This document shows positions 1 to 10,500 of a DNA stretch of 64,000 nucleotides, in pieces. The stretch is from Azolla caroliniana. Lineage: Eukaryota; Plantae; Polypodiophyta. Under the pieces are notes generated by a model. The model saw nothing but the letters and a program-made list of their open reading frames with translations, did not search any database and had not been told where the DNA came from. Each line of letters begins with the position of its first letter. The stretch's first letter is position 1. The stretch is taken from NCBI GenBank assembly GCA_043228905.1, contig JBHGNT010000020.1:15624001-15688000 (forward strand), written 5' to 3'. Position numbers and translations under genes: made by a program.

Positions 1-608
1 CTTCTTCCGATAGCGGTCCACGACGACGTGTGGTGTCAATTTCCATCGAAGTTGGAGTACTTACTGGAGGCGCATTATATGACTCCCTCGGAAAAGGTTT
101 CGCTACCACTGAGGCGTAGGTAGGCTCGGATCTTGCCCTTGGCATCTGGAAGTGACGTTCCGAATGCCGCTCGAAGAGGCGATTGTCGCATCTCACTGTG
201 CGACTGATTGCTTCTATTAATGACTTTGGTTCTTCGGGAAAGATCAAGAGTAAATCTTTCCATCAAGCCTTGCACGCATGTCTCACTTGCATGGCTTCTA
301 TCTATCTCTTTGTCTTCTACATTAGAATAAATATGCAAGCTTGTTGCTCTTTCACTGATTCATATTGTTCTTCATGTTCAGCCACAATGTCTTCTAGCAT
401 AGTACCTCTATCTAAAGCTTCATCGTTTGAGCTGCACATCTCCTCGTCCTCTTGTGCTAAGAGAGAGAGAGACTAGTGATCAAGAGGGAAAGTGAGGGAT
501 AGAGAGAATGACTTCTTCTCAAGGGAGGGTCGTTCGTTCGGGCGTGCCAAAAGTGTTGTCGGGAGGGGGGTGAAGCCATTCTAGGCTTCACTCCCCACCC
601 CGACAACA
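1..608 (-). mobile_element. 5' end of a Ty3/gypsy-like (Tat-type PBS) LTR retrotransposon: minimal LTR, PBS, leader and degenerate gag start; continues off the left edge
   Basis: On the minus strand, TGTTGTC...GACAACA (608-554) is followed after a short spacer by TGGCACGCCCG (complementary to the 3' end of plant tRNA-Arg(TCT)), a CT-rich leader and an ATG at 439 opening a frameshifted ORF (MCSSNDEALD..., ORF 75-338). It interrupts the protease of the next element at 608/609. Confidence 0.6.
554..608. repeat. 55-bp near-perfect hairpin with TG...CA ends, in the position of an LTR
   Basis: tgttgtcgggaggggggtgaagcc-attcta-ggcttcactccccaccccgacaaca. Confidence 0.85.
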
Positions 609-2695
609 ATAAGCTCCCAAGCCCAGTGTCAGTCGGAGTCATTGATGGACGCCCCATAACATCAGGAGATGTAGTTGAAGAGTCTGAACCAATTCATGTA
701 GTCCTAGGCAATTTGGCTAGTGTCATCTCATTCAACATCATTAGTAGTCCAGAGCACTTCCTAGTTCTTGGTCTTCCATGGTTTGAGCTACATAACCCAA
801 CTATTGATTGGAGAAAAAGAACCATTGAAGAAGTCACAATACAGTCTGAGCCTCGTAAAACTCCAACAAAGGCTATGACATTCCAAAATATTTCGACAAT
901 CTCTATACATCAATTACGTGAGGAAGGACGGAAGGAAAACATGTTGGTGTTCGCAGTTTTAGCAACTCCCACATCGAGCTCACAAGAATCGGGGGTCCAA
1001 CTACCAAAGAAATATATAGAATTCTCCGATGTTTTTGATAAGGTGAAGGCCAATAGACTACTAGAGCATCGACCATATGATTGCCTGATTGATTTGCTGC
1101 CAGAAAAGAGCCTCTACAGGGGCCAATTTATAACCTTTCACCCACGGAGTTAGAGGTTCTTCGGGAATATATCGATGAGAACTTGGCGAATGGGTTTATG
1201 CAGCATTAAGATCTCCTGCTGGCGCACCCATATTTTTTGTTAAGAAGAAAGATGGTTCGCTTCGTCTGGTCGTGGATTATCGAGGATTGAATAAAGTAAC
1301 TATTTGAAACTGATATGCTCTACCATTGATTTCGAGCCTTCTAGAACGCCTCAATGGAGCTAAGTATTTCACAAAGTTAGATCTTCGAGGTGCTTACAAT
1401 CTTGTTCGAATTTGTCCTGGGGATGAATGGAAGACTGCTTTTCGTACTCGATATGGCCATTTTGAGTATACAATGATGCCATTTGGTCTCACGAATGCAC
1501 CAACAGTTTTCCAACATATGGCGAATGACATTTTTTGAGATTTCCTCGATATTTTCGTCATAATTTACCTAGATGATATCTTGATCTACTCAAAAACTCA
1601 AGAGGATCATGATATACACGTTCGACAAGCTTTGCAACGGTTGCGTGAATATGGCCTCTATGCAAAATTGGAGAAGTGCAGTTTTGACCAGCATCAAGTG
1701 GAATTTTTGGGGTACATAGTCTCTTCACATGGCATCTCTATGGATCCAGCAAAGGTTCAAACAGTTTTGGATTGGCAAACACCACAGTCTGTGCGAGATG
1801 TACAATGTTTTTTAGGGTTCGTAAACTTTTATCATAAGTTCATCAAAGATTATTCAAAGATCGTATTGCCCCTCACTCAACTGACACAGAAGAATCGACC
1901 ATTTGTGTGGAGTATAAATGCAAACTCTGCATTTGAAGGATTAAAGCAAGCATTTACATACGCACTAATTTTGATGCATGTTGATCCATTGAAGCGCTTT
2001 ATACTAGAAGCTGATGCATCCGACTTCGCACTAGGAAGCGTATTATCCCAAATTAGCAATGATGGCGAACTACACCATGTGGCTTTTCATTCACGGAAAT
2101 TCGAAGTTGCAAAAATCAACTATGAGATTCACGACAAAGAGCTTCTTGCCATTGTAGATTCTTTTCAACAATGGCGTCATTTTTTGGAGGGTTCATCTCA
2201 ACAAATCATCGTCTATAATGATCACAAAAATCTAATGTACTTCCAAAGTGCTTGAGTCTTGAGTCGTCGACAAGCTCGTTGGGCGCAGTTTTTTACTCGT
2301 TTTGATTTCGTAATTCTATATCGCCCTGGGATGCAACAAGGCAAAGCAGATGCTTTATCTCGGCGTTCATATATGGAACTTCAACCAGGAGAGGCCGCAT
2401 TTGAAAGTCAAAAGCAAATCCTCTTGGGTCTTGACCGTCTACGACTAATGGCTTTTCATGCTATAGATACACCCGGGGATTCAAGTCTTTTGGACTCCAT
2501 TCAGGAGCATATTGGGACCGATGAATTCGCCCAAGATATTCTGAACCATATTATCCCAGATCGTGCTTCTTGTTCACAATCTCAAAATCCTCGTCAAGAC
2601 TACAACCAGTTCAATTGGCATGATGGTTTACTTTTTCAACAAAATCTCTTATATGTGCCTGATTGTCCTTCTCAACTCCATGTCTTGCAACAGGC
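609..2695 (+). mobile_element. Degenerate Ty3/gypsy (Tf2/Tcn1-like) pol fragment: protease, RT, RNase H, start of integrase
   Basis: ORFs 626-1153 (VIDGRPI, LVLGLPWFELHNPTIDW), 1326-1538 ([24 protein letters not shown]), YLDD just before 1581, 1581-2255 (EADASDFALG, NYEIHDKELLA), 2259-2705 (RRQARWA). Several stops and frameshifts; truncated near 2695. Confidence 0.92.
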
Positions 2696-3566
2696 CAACA
2701 CTTAATTGTCTACTTGTAAAAAGAGACAACAAAGTGTCATACACATCTTTGGAGCTAACTGATGTCTCCTTAGTACATGAAAGAAGTGGCTGAATTGCAT
2801 CCTCCACAAAAACAACATCACGGCTAACCAAAATGCATTTAGATTGTGGATGATACAAACGATAACCTTTACTTTTAGAATTGTATCCTACAAAAATACA
2901 TTTCACTACTTTATCATCCAATTTTTTGGGTTGTTGTTTAGGCACTAATGCTTATGCCAAACAACCAAAAACATGCAGATGGGCAACATATGGCTTTTGG
3001 CCATACCAAGCTTCATATGGAGTGATAGAGTGCAGTGCTTTAGTGGGACACCTGTTGAGTACATATGATGCACACATGACAGTCTCAAGCCAGAAACTAT
3101 GTGGTAAGGCCTGACTTTTGACCATACACCTTGCCATTTCCGTGAGTGACATGTTCTTTCTTTTAACAACTCCATTTTGTTGAGGTGTATATGGAAATTT
3201 ACACTGATATTTTATCCCACGTTCAGCTAGAAATGCATTAAATTCAGAAGACATATACTCCCCCCCTCGATCATAATGGAGGGTGCCCATTTTACATGCT
3301 GACAAATTCTCAGCCAAAGGTAGAAATTGTTTGAAGCACAGAAACACTTCGGACCTTGCCTTCAATGGATATACCCATGCATGCCTAGAAAAGTCATCAA
3401 TTAAAGTCACGAAATAAAGATAGTTCCCAAGAGAATATGTCTGCATAGGACCACAAACATCGTTATGAACAACCTGCAATTTCTACGAAGCTCTAACTAA
3501 ACCATCGTTTGGAAAAGATGAACGTTGCATTTTGCCCAAAATACAGCCTTCACAAACATGCTTCCA
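2696..3566 (-). mobile_element. Ty1/copia integrase fragment (degenerate)
   Basis: Minus-strand CEGCILGKMQR (~3560-3525), ORF 2952-3479 (HNDVCGPM, IDDFSR, DRGGEY, YTPQQNG), ORF 2649-2945 (KCIFVGY...GYRLY...SRDVVF). Confidence 0.9.
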
Positions 3567-3569
3567 AGG

Positions 3570-3840
3570 TGCCTCAAATTCCCACCGAACGAAACCGAAG
3601 TCGTAACAAGCTCGATCTAATCCATTCGGATGTATGGGAACCGGCACAAAACGTTAGTCTTGGCGGGAGTCAATACTTTGTCTCCTTAATCGACGACTAT
3701 ACGTGGCACACATGGATCTACCTCATTGAGAGGAAGAGCGAAGTCTTCGAGTGTTTCCGAAACCTGCAAAGTCTGGTTGAAAGGGAATCGGAGAGAAAGA
3801 TCAATTGCCTACGGTCGGATGGCGGAAAGGAATATTTTTC
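3570..3840 (+). mobile_element. Short Ty1/copia integrase fragment of a different family, opposite orientation
   Basis: LDLIHSDVW...YFVSLIDDY...LRSDGGKEYFS within ORF 3509-4015. Confidence 0.88.
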
Positions 3841-4593
3841 GATTGCATCGCTACGATGGTTGCTTCGAGTTGTTGCACACGTAACGTCAGCTCCCCGTGT
3901 TGTTGTTTTTCCAATGCTATTTGTTGAAGATCCCCCAACAAATGGTGATTTTCTTGTTCTAGTGCTACAAATTTCTCCTTTAAGCACTAGAGCTCTGAGA
4001 AAACGGTATTCCTGAGCACTAACAATTTCCATTTTACTAGGGAGCATAAGAATATTAGTATGAAAGGAAGAAAGGGGTAAGAAGATAAGGGAAACCGAAA
4101 ATAAGACCGGAAAAAGGGGATTTGTAAGCAGATCAAAGGAAGAGGAAGGAGGAGACAAAAGGAGGACGAAAAATCGGTTCAAATTGTCAGGATCAGTACT
4201 AAGACAACGAAGGAATTAGTACTAAAAAGATGAGGATTAGTACTAAGAGAGGTGTAGAACTCTCGAGAGAAGGAAAGAGTGAGAGAGGGTGAGAGAATGA
4301 TGATAAAAGATATATATTATGTGAAGAGAGTATACAATAGTAGCTAGGAGGCTTAAGACTGGCGTTGAACCGATTTGGTTCGAAATAATGCCTTGTGCCT
4401 CCTTTTATAGTGTTCTCGAGAGTACTCCTGAAGTTTCTAGAATGTTCTAGAGAAATCTGGAATATACATCAATTTTCTATAATAAAACATAAATGAAAAT
4501 AATATTTTACATATTACAATGTATGGTATAATGGTCAAGAGCTCGACCCATGTAGCATAAGTTCATGGGTTCGAGTCTTGCCATATCATGACA
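3841..4593 (-). mobile_element. 5' fragment of a Tf1/Tcn1-like gypsy element: LTR 4185-4593, self-complementary PBS, leader and gag N-terminus
   Basis: LTR ends tgtca...tgaca; minus-strand TATAAAA at 4409-4403; PBS-position 12-mer at 4182-4171 is complementary to LTR 4376-4365; coiled-coil-like gag start (LQQIALEKQQHGELTLRVQQLEATIVAMQ) cut off at ~3841. Confidence 0.72.
4403..4452 (-). promoter_or_regulatory. LTR promoter: TATA box plus heat-shock element
   Basis: GAAgtTTCtaGAAtgTTC at 4430-4447 (four alternating nGAAn units), about 20 bp upstream of the minus-strand TATAAAA (4409-4403). Confidence 0.7.
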
Positions 4594-7500
4594 AATGGTG
4601 GAGAATACCATAGGTCATTCAAAGAATTCGGCTCGAGTATACCGTGCCGAAGACGCCAGAGCTGAATGAACCGGACCGTAATGGAGAGAGTCTGAAGCAT
4701 GCTTGCACATGTGAAATTATCCAAGCTTTTCTGGGCTGAGGTGCTGATGACAGCAGCGTATGTGATAAATCAATCACCCTCTATACCCTTGGACGGTGAT
4801 ATTCCACAAAGGGTGTGGAGCGGCAAAGACATGTCATACCAACATCTGAGGGTGGTTGTCTTTCCTACGTGTATGTGGCAAAGGACCAGAGGGGGAAGCT
4901 GGACCCAAAATCTCGGCCTTGTATATTTCTCTGCTATGGAGATGACAAATTCGGATATCGGCTATGGGACTTAGCCAAGAAGAAGGTGATCAGAAGCCGA
5001 GACATCTTCTTTATGGAAGAGAAGATGATTGTCGACTGGGAGATTGAGAATAAGTCTCCTACTACCGAATCGAGCCAAGTTGACGCTCGACCGGATTGAG
5101 TAGAAGTTGACTCGATCGAAATTGATTCCGAACCAATCGGCCGAATGAACACTAGGCAAAATCAAGAATCGACTGAGGATCAAGGGGAGTCGGCCGAGCG
5201 AGGAACCAAAGAGGTCGAAGAAGAACCGACCGTGCAGAACAGTGGTCGTAGATGCCCCCTTAGAGAAAGGAGAGCCCTCCGAAGATTCCTGGATGAAGAG
5301 CGTGTACTGCTAACCGATGAGGGGGAGCCAGAAAGCTTCGAAGAAGCTAAGGAAGATACCCACAGCCGAGAGTGGTTGCATGCCATGCAAGAGGAGATGG
5401 AATCCTTGCATGAGAACCACACATACGAACTGACTGAGTTGCCGAAGGGGGAAAAGGCACTACGGAACAAGTGGGTATACAAATTGAAACCGAGAGATGG
5501 TGGGAATCCACCTAGGTATAAAGCACAAATTGTCGTGAAAGGCTTCCAGTAGAAGAAGGGTGTTGATTTCGACAAAATATTTGCTCCGGTCGTGATGATG
5601 ACATCAATCCGAACAGTGCTGAGCATAGCGGCCAGTATGGACCCCGAAGTCGAGCAACTAGACGCCAAGATTACATTCCTTGATGGAGATTTGGAGGAAG
5701 AGATATACATGCAACATCCAGAAGGATTCGTAGAGAAAGGTAAGGAAAATCTTGTATGCCGATTAAGAAAGAGCTTGTATGGGTTAAAGCAGGCACCTCG
5801 GCAATGGTACAGGAAATTTGAATCCTTCATGAATGACAATGGGTATCACAAAACACAGGCTGATCAATGTGTATTTGTGAAGAAGTTTGAGGGAGGAGAT
5901 TTTCTCATCCTCTTGCTATACGTGGATGACATGTTGATTGTCGGATGGGACCATATGAAGATCCGAGTACTGAAGAAGGCTTTGAGCAGGTCGTTCTCGA
6001 TGAAGGATATGGGTCCGACAAAGCAAATCCTGGGTATGCACATCGTTCGAGATCAAACGAAGAAACTGCTATGGCTGTCACAAGAGAAGTATTTGACAAA
6101 GGTGCTCTAGAGATTTGGCATGGAAAGCACGAAACCGGTCGGCTTGACACTACCGACAAACTACAAGTTGAGTAAAGATCAATGTCCGAAAATGAGAACT
6201 GAGAAGGTCGAGATGGAAAAGGTCCCTTATGCGTCAGCGGTTGGAAGCCTAATGTACGCTGTCGTGTTGTTACCCTTTCGCGTGTGAAATAAGGCGGGAC
6301 CACGGGGGCCCTGAACCGAGGAGCAAGAGAGACAAGAGGGAGAGAGAAGCACGCAAGTGTAAGGCCTGCTAGATCTGTCAGCAACCGGCGGCACTCGCCC
6401 GCTGATTGAACTACCAACGCGTATACCGACTTAATCAAGGGCACACTCGAGAGAAGCGAAAGAAGACAATCCCAGAAACACAGATGACACAGATAACACA
6501 GATATTCAATTACAATAACAATGACAATTACAACGATGGCAACCCCTATAGAGAATGATGATGATGGTGGATGAAAGAGCTTTGTTCCCAGTCCGACAAC
6601 ACTTCGTCGTCTCCCAAAAAAAACACACCCCTCTCCGCCCTTTTTCTTCTCCTTTTATAGCACAAGGAGAGAGAGCCGTTTACAAACTATTAAATCGTTG
6701 TTATTCTCTGTCCTTTCGGACAGAGATCCTCTTCGATTCCCTACTTATTGAATTAATGCTACCTAGGATAATTACGTCACCGGCCTGTACTTAACTATGT
6801 ATGTAAATATATCAATACATGTGCCCGTGTGTAAGGGCTGGTTCACGCACACCATCCACCGATTCCTCCTAGGGAAGGTTTTCTCCACGAGATCCGCCCC
6901 CACCTAACCATGCATCCTCCAGTATGCGCCAGAATAGACTTCTGTCGGAGAAGACCGGCCCTCGATTATCTTCCGCTCTCTGGTTCGCTACTCGCTCTGA
7001 ACCGGCCATCATCGTCTTCCTCGCTCCCTGGGTCCGACTCGTCCTCGTGCCGCTTCGTGAACGACTTGATCCGCTTCCCGGCTATCGGTATTGTTAACCG
7101 CGTCCCGTCGAGTTCCGCAAGATGGTAGGTGCCATTGTCGTTCGCGCTTGTTACAGCGTAGGGCCCGAACCACCTTCTCGCGAATTTGCGGGTCGCCTTG
7201 TGTTGGTTGTCGAGGCTGTTGTCGTACACCAGCACCCAATCGCCTTCTTCGATCCTCTTCGGCCATAGCCAGCGTGTCTGGTCGAACCACCCTTTGCTCC
7301 TCTCCCTCGCCGTTTGCAGCTTCGCTTTTGCCCGCTCCACGTCCTCCGATCTTCGCTCGAGCTGTCGAATCTGTGCCGTCAACAACTCTTCCCGGTTTAT
7401 CTCATTCCTCCAATCTATTGCCGCCCACGAGGAAATCGTCTGTTTGACCGATTTCTGCCCGTACATCAGTTCAGTCGACATGTACCCGGTCACCGAGCTA

Positions 7501-10500
7501 TCCGTCGTCCGGTCTGCCCATAGTGCATAGGGTAGGAGCCGTGGCCAATTCCTGACTTGGCCTCCGCATGTCCGCACCAATGCCTTTACGATGGGCCCGT
7601 GTCCGCGTTCCACCTTCTCGTTTTCCTCCGGATTGTACGCCATAGTGAGCGATAGTTTAACCCCTAACCGTTCAAACAGCTCTTCGGCCTCTTGTGCATC
7701 CAATTCTCCACGGTCTGCTACGATCTTTCCTACACACCCGTACCGGCACACCACCTCATCGATTAGGAACCGGCACACGACCACGGTCGTCTTGTTCAGT
7801 AATGCTCAGCACTCCACAAGGTTCGTCAGATCTTCTTGAGCTAGCACTAGGTATCGCATCTGCCCTACCCCCATCAGCATCGTCACCAGATCAACCATCC
7901 AGTTGAAGTGGATGGTCGGCGAGTATGTCGGGTGCAGCTCGTCCCGATGCCAGACTATGGAATGCATCTGACAGCTTTCGCAAGTTGTTACGAACTGATG
8001 CACGTCCCGGTATAGTCCCGGCCACTAGTACTTCTCCTTCAGCTTCTCGAACATGGCCCATGTCTCCCGGTATCCGGGCCAAGGACTCTCGTGGTACGCC
8101 GTTAACAATGCTTCCTACTCTTCCTTCCTTGCCACCACCCGGAGTGGGACTCCATCTCGCTTCTTCGGGTGCTTCCATATGCTTCCGTCCCACAGGAAGA
8201 ATCGGTATGCTTTCTTCCGGATCCAGTTAGCCTCTTCCCTTGTCCACGCCGCTCCTGGCGTCATTGTTGTCAGGAACCCACCGATCTGGAGCCACTCCCC
8301 TTCGTACTTGCTCTCGTCGAACTCGTTAAGCATCGGAGTGCTCCCAGCCCTTGCCACTATGCGAGCCGACTCGAAGAAGTCCTCACCAACTTCTTCATCC
8401 TCCGAAACCAGGCTGTCTTCGTCGTTGAACCGTGCTCTTAAAAGCATATCGACCATGGTGTTGTCCTTACCGGATCCACTTGAGCATTGCCAGGTCTGGA
8501 GTTGCGCATCCAGAAACCATACCGAGAATCGATAGGTAGTCCGTCTCGACTATCACTTCTGTCCCGATTAGATAGTCCTTGTCGGCCTTGACTGCCGAAA
8601 CGATACCCCATAGTTCGCGCTTGACTTGGGCGTATCCTCGGTGCCGCTCGCTCAACACCTTCGCCCCAAACCGGATCGGGAATCGTGTGCCGCTCTTGTC
8701 CTCCTGATTGATCACCCATCCTATACCGGTCGGGCTCGTATCTATGGTTATGTAGATTGGGACCTCCTTGCCGTAAACCGCTTTCCGGAGAGCCGGTGCC
8801 ACAGTAAGCACCTCCTTCAGTCTCCAGATAGACTCCGTATGCTCCTTGCCCCATTCGAACTTACGCCCCTTTTTCAACAGCTCGTAGAGTGGTTCCACGA
8901 CGTGTGCATAGTGCAGAATCTAGATGTGATAGAATGCACAAGCCCCCAAGAACCTTCAGACCTCCGTTATCGACCCGCATTCGTCCTTCATCGCGGAGAT
9001 GGTCTCCACCTTCGCCGGAGATGGTTTCCGGCCGTAAGGCCCACACAAGTGCCCGACTACCAGGATCTCTGAACTGCCCGAAAGCTAACTTTTCTCTGGA
9101 GAAGGTGAGTCACGCGCTCTCAAGCCTTTGTAGCACCTTCTCACAGTCTTTGATGTGGTCCGCAACAAACCTCCGGCAACCGTCTGGTGTAACCGACTCA
9201 TCCTTATCTTCCACCGGACATCCCTTTATCGGTATGTTGTCCAAAAATAGCCTGGTGATGTCTGGGATGTAGTCCCTTAGCACTTTCTTCATAGCGTTCA
9301 CCATGTGCGCCACCGAGTTGGTTCCTCCTTGCGGCAAGGTACACATCCACACTAGGCCGAGAGGAGTCCCTGCTCTCCACAGCTAGTTGGAACTGGTCGT
9401 ACCCCAAGTATAGATCCCCGACCGAATAGATCGACCTTCCAGTGAAGGCCTTTGCAAACTCGTCAATGGTCGGCCCGATACCTGCATTTCGAATGGTCAC
9501 TTTGTTGACCGGTTGCAGGTCCTGAATGAAGCACAGCGTGCCGTTCTTCTTTGGCACCGTAAACCACCGGTTCGAGTATGGGGCACTCGATGGCTCGAGG
9601 ATGCCCATCTCCACCTTCTTTTTCACCAGCTTCACCAACTCCGGGACGTGAGCTCTAGGTACCGGAATTGGCTTGAGATTCCACGACACATGCGGTACCG
9701 TGAAGATCACCATTGGTTCCACGATCGTTGGGTCCACGCACCCAATCTCCCCCAATGTGAATGCGAAGGCCTTCTCGTGCCTTCCGAGCATTCCCCGAAA
9801 CCTCTCCTCCTCCACCGGCAATAGGAAGCCACCCCCACCGACCTTGAGCTCCTGTAGCGTTATGTCGGTGAACTGGTGTCCTATGCCGGCCGGATTCCGC
9901 AAACTTGGGTCCCACGTGACCCCTTTTATTCGTTCCTTGCTGCACTCCGGCAAGAGTGCCGCGACTGGCCTCACCTTCCGGTCCACAGTCTTGTACCTTG
10001 TATCCACACAAGCCATCCGATCCGACCTGACTTTTTCCCCAAAGTCGGGAATGACTTCGTACATTCCCACCGAGTTAACTGGAATCATCCGGTCTTCACT
10101 GAGGCCTTGTTCGATCACCTTCTCGATTTCCCCGAGGGTGTCGTCGAAAGAGACCGCCGCCACGGCGCCACTAATTTCCTCACCGGGGTCGAGGACTCCG
10201 CATGTCCTGAGTCGTTCCTCTACCCGCTTCTTCTCCCGGCCAATGATGCCGGCTATCGTACAACCCCCACTATCGGAGAACCAAAACTTCCTACCTATGG
10301 TACAGGTGTGGGGATCCTCCAGGGTGTCCGAACTATCGCAGCCCCAACGATTACATTGGTAACAATCCGGCTAAAGGTGGATTATTCAGAGCAGGTGCAA
10401 TGGACAACGACAATGGTATAGTTGTAGGTTGGTTAGGCCAGAATAAAAATGAATAAAAAAAATCAACTGACTCGTGCCTTGATAGCCCTCTCTAAAAATC

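Noticed and set aside
4520-4585. Functional tRNA gene
   Set aside because: A/B-like boxes are present, but I could not build a cloverleaf or acceptor stem; kept only as a motif finding.
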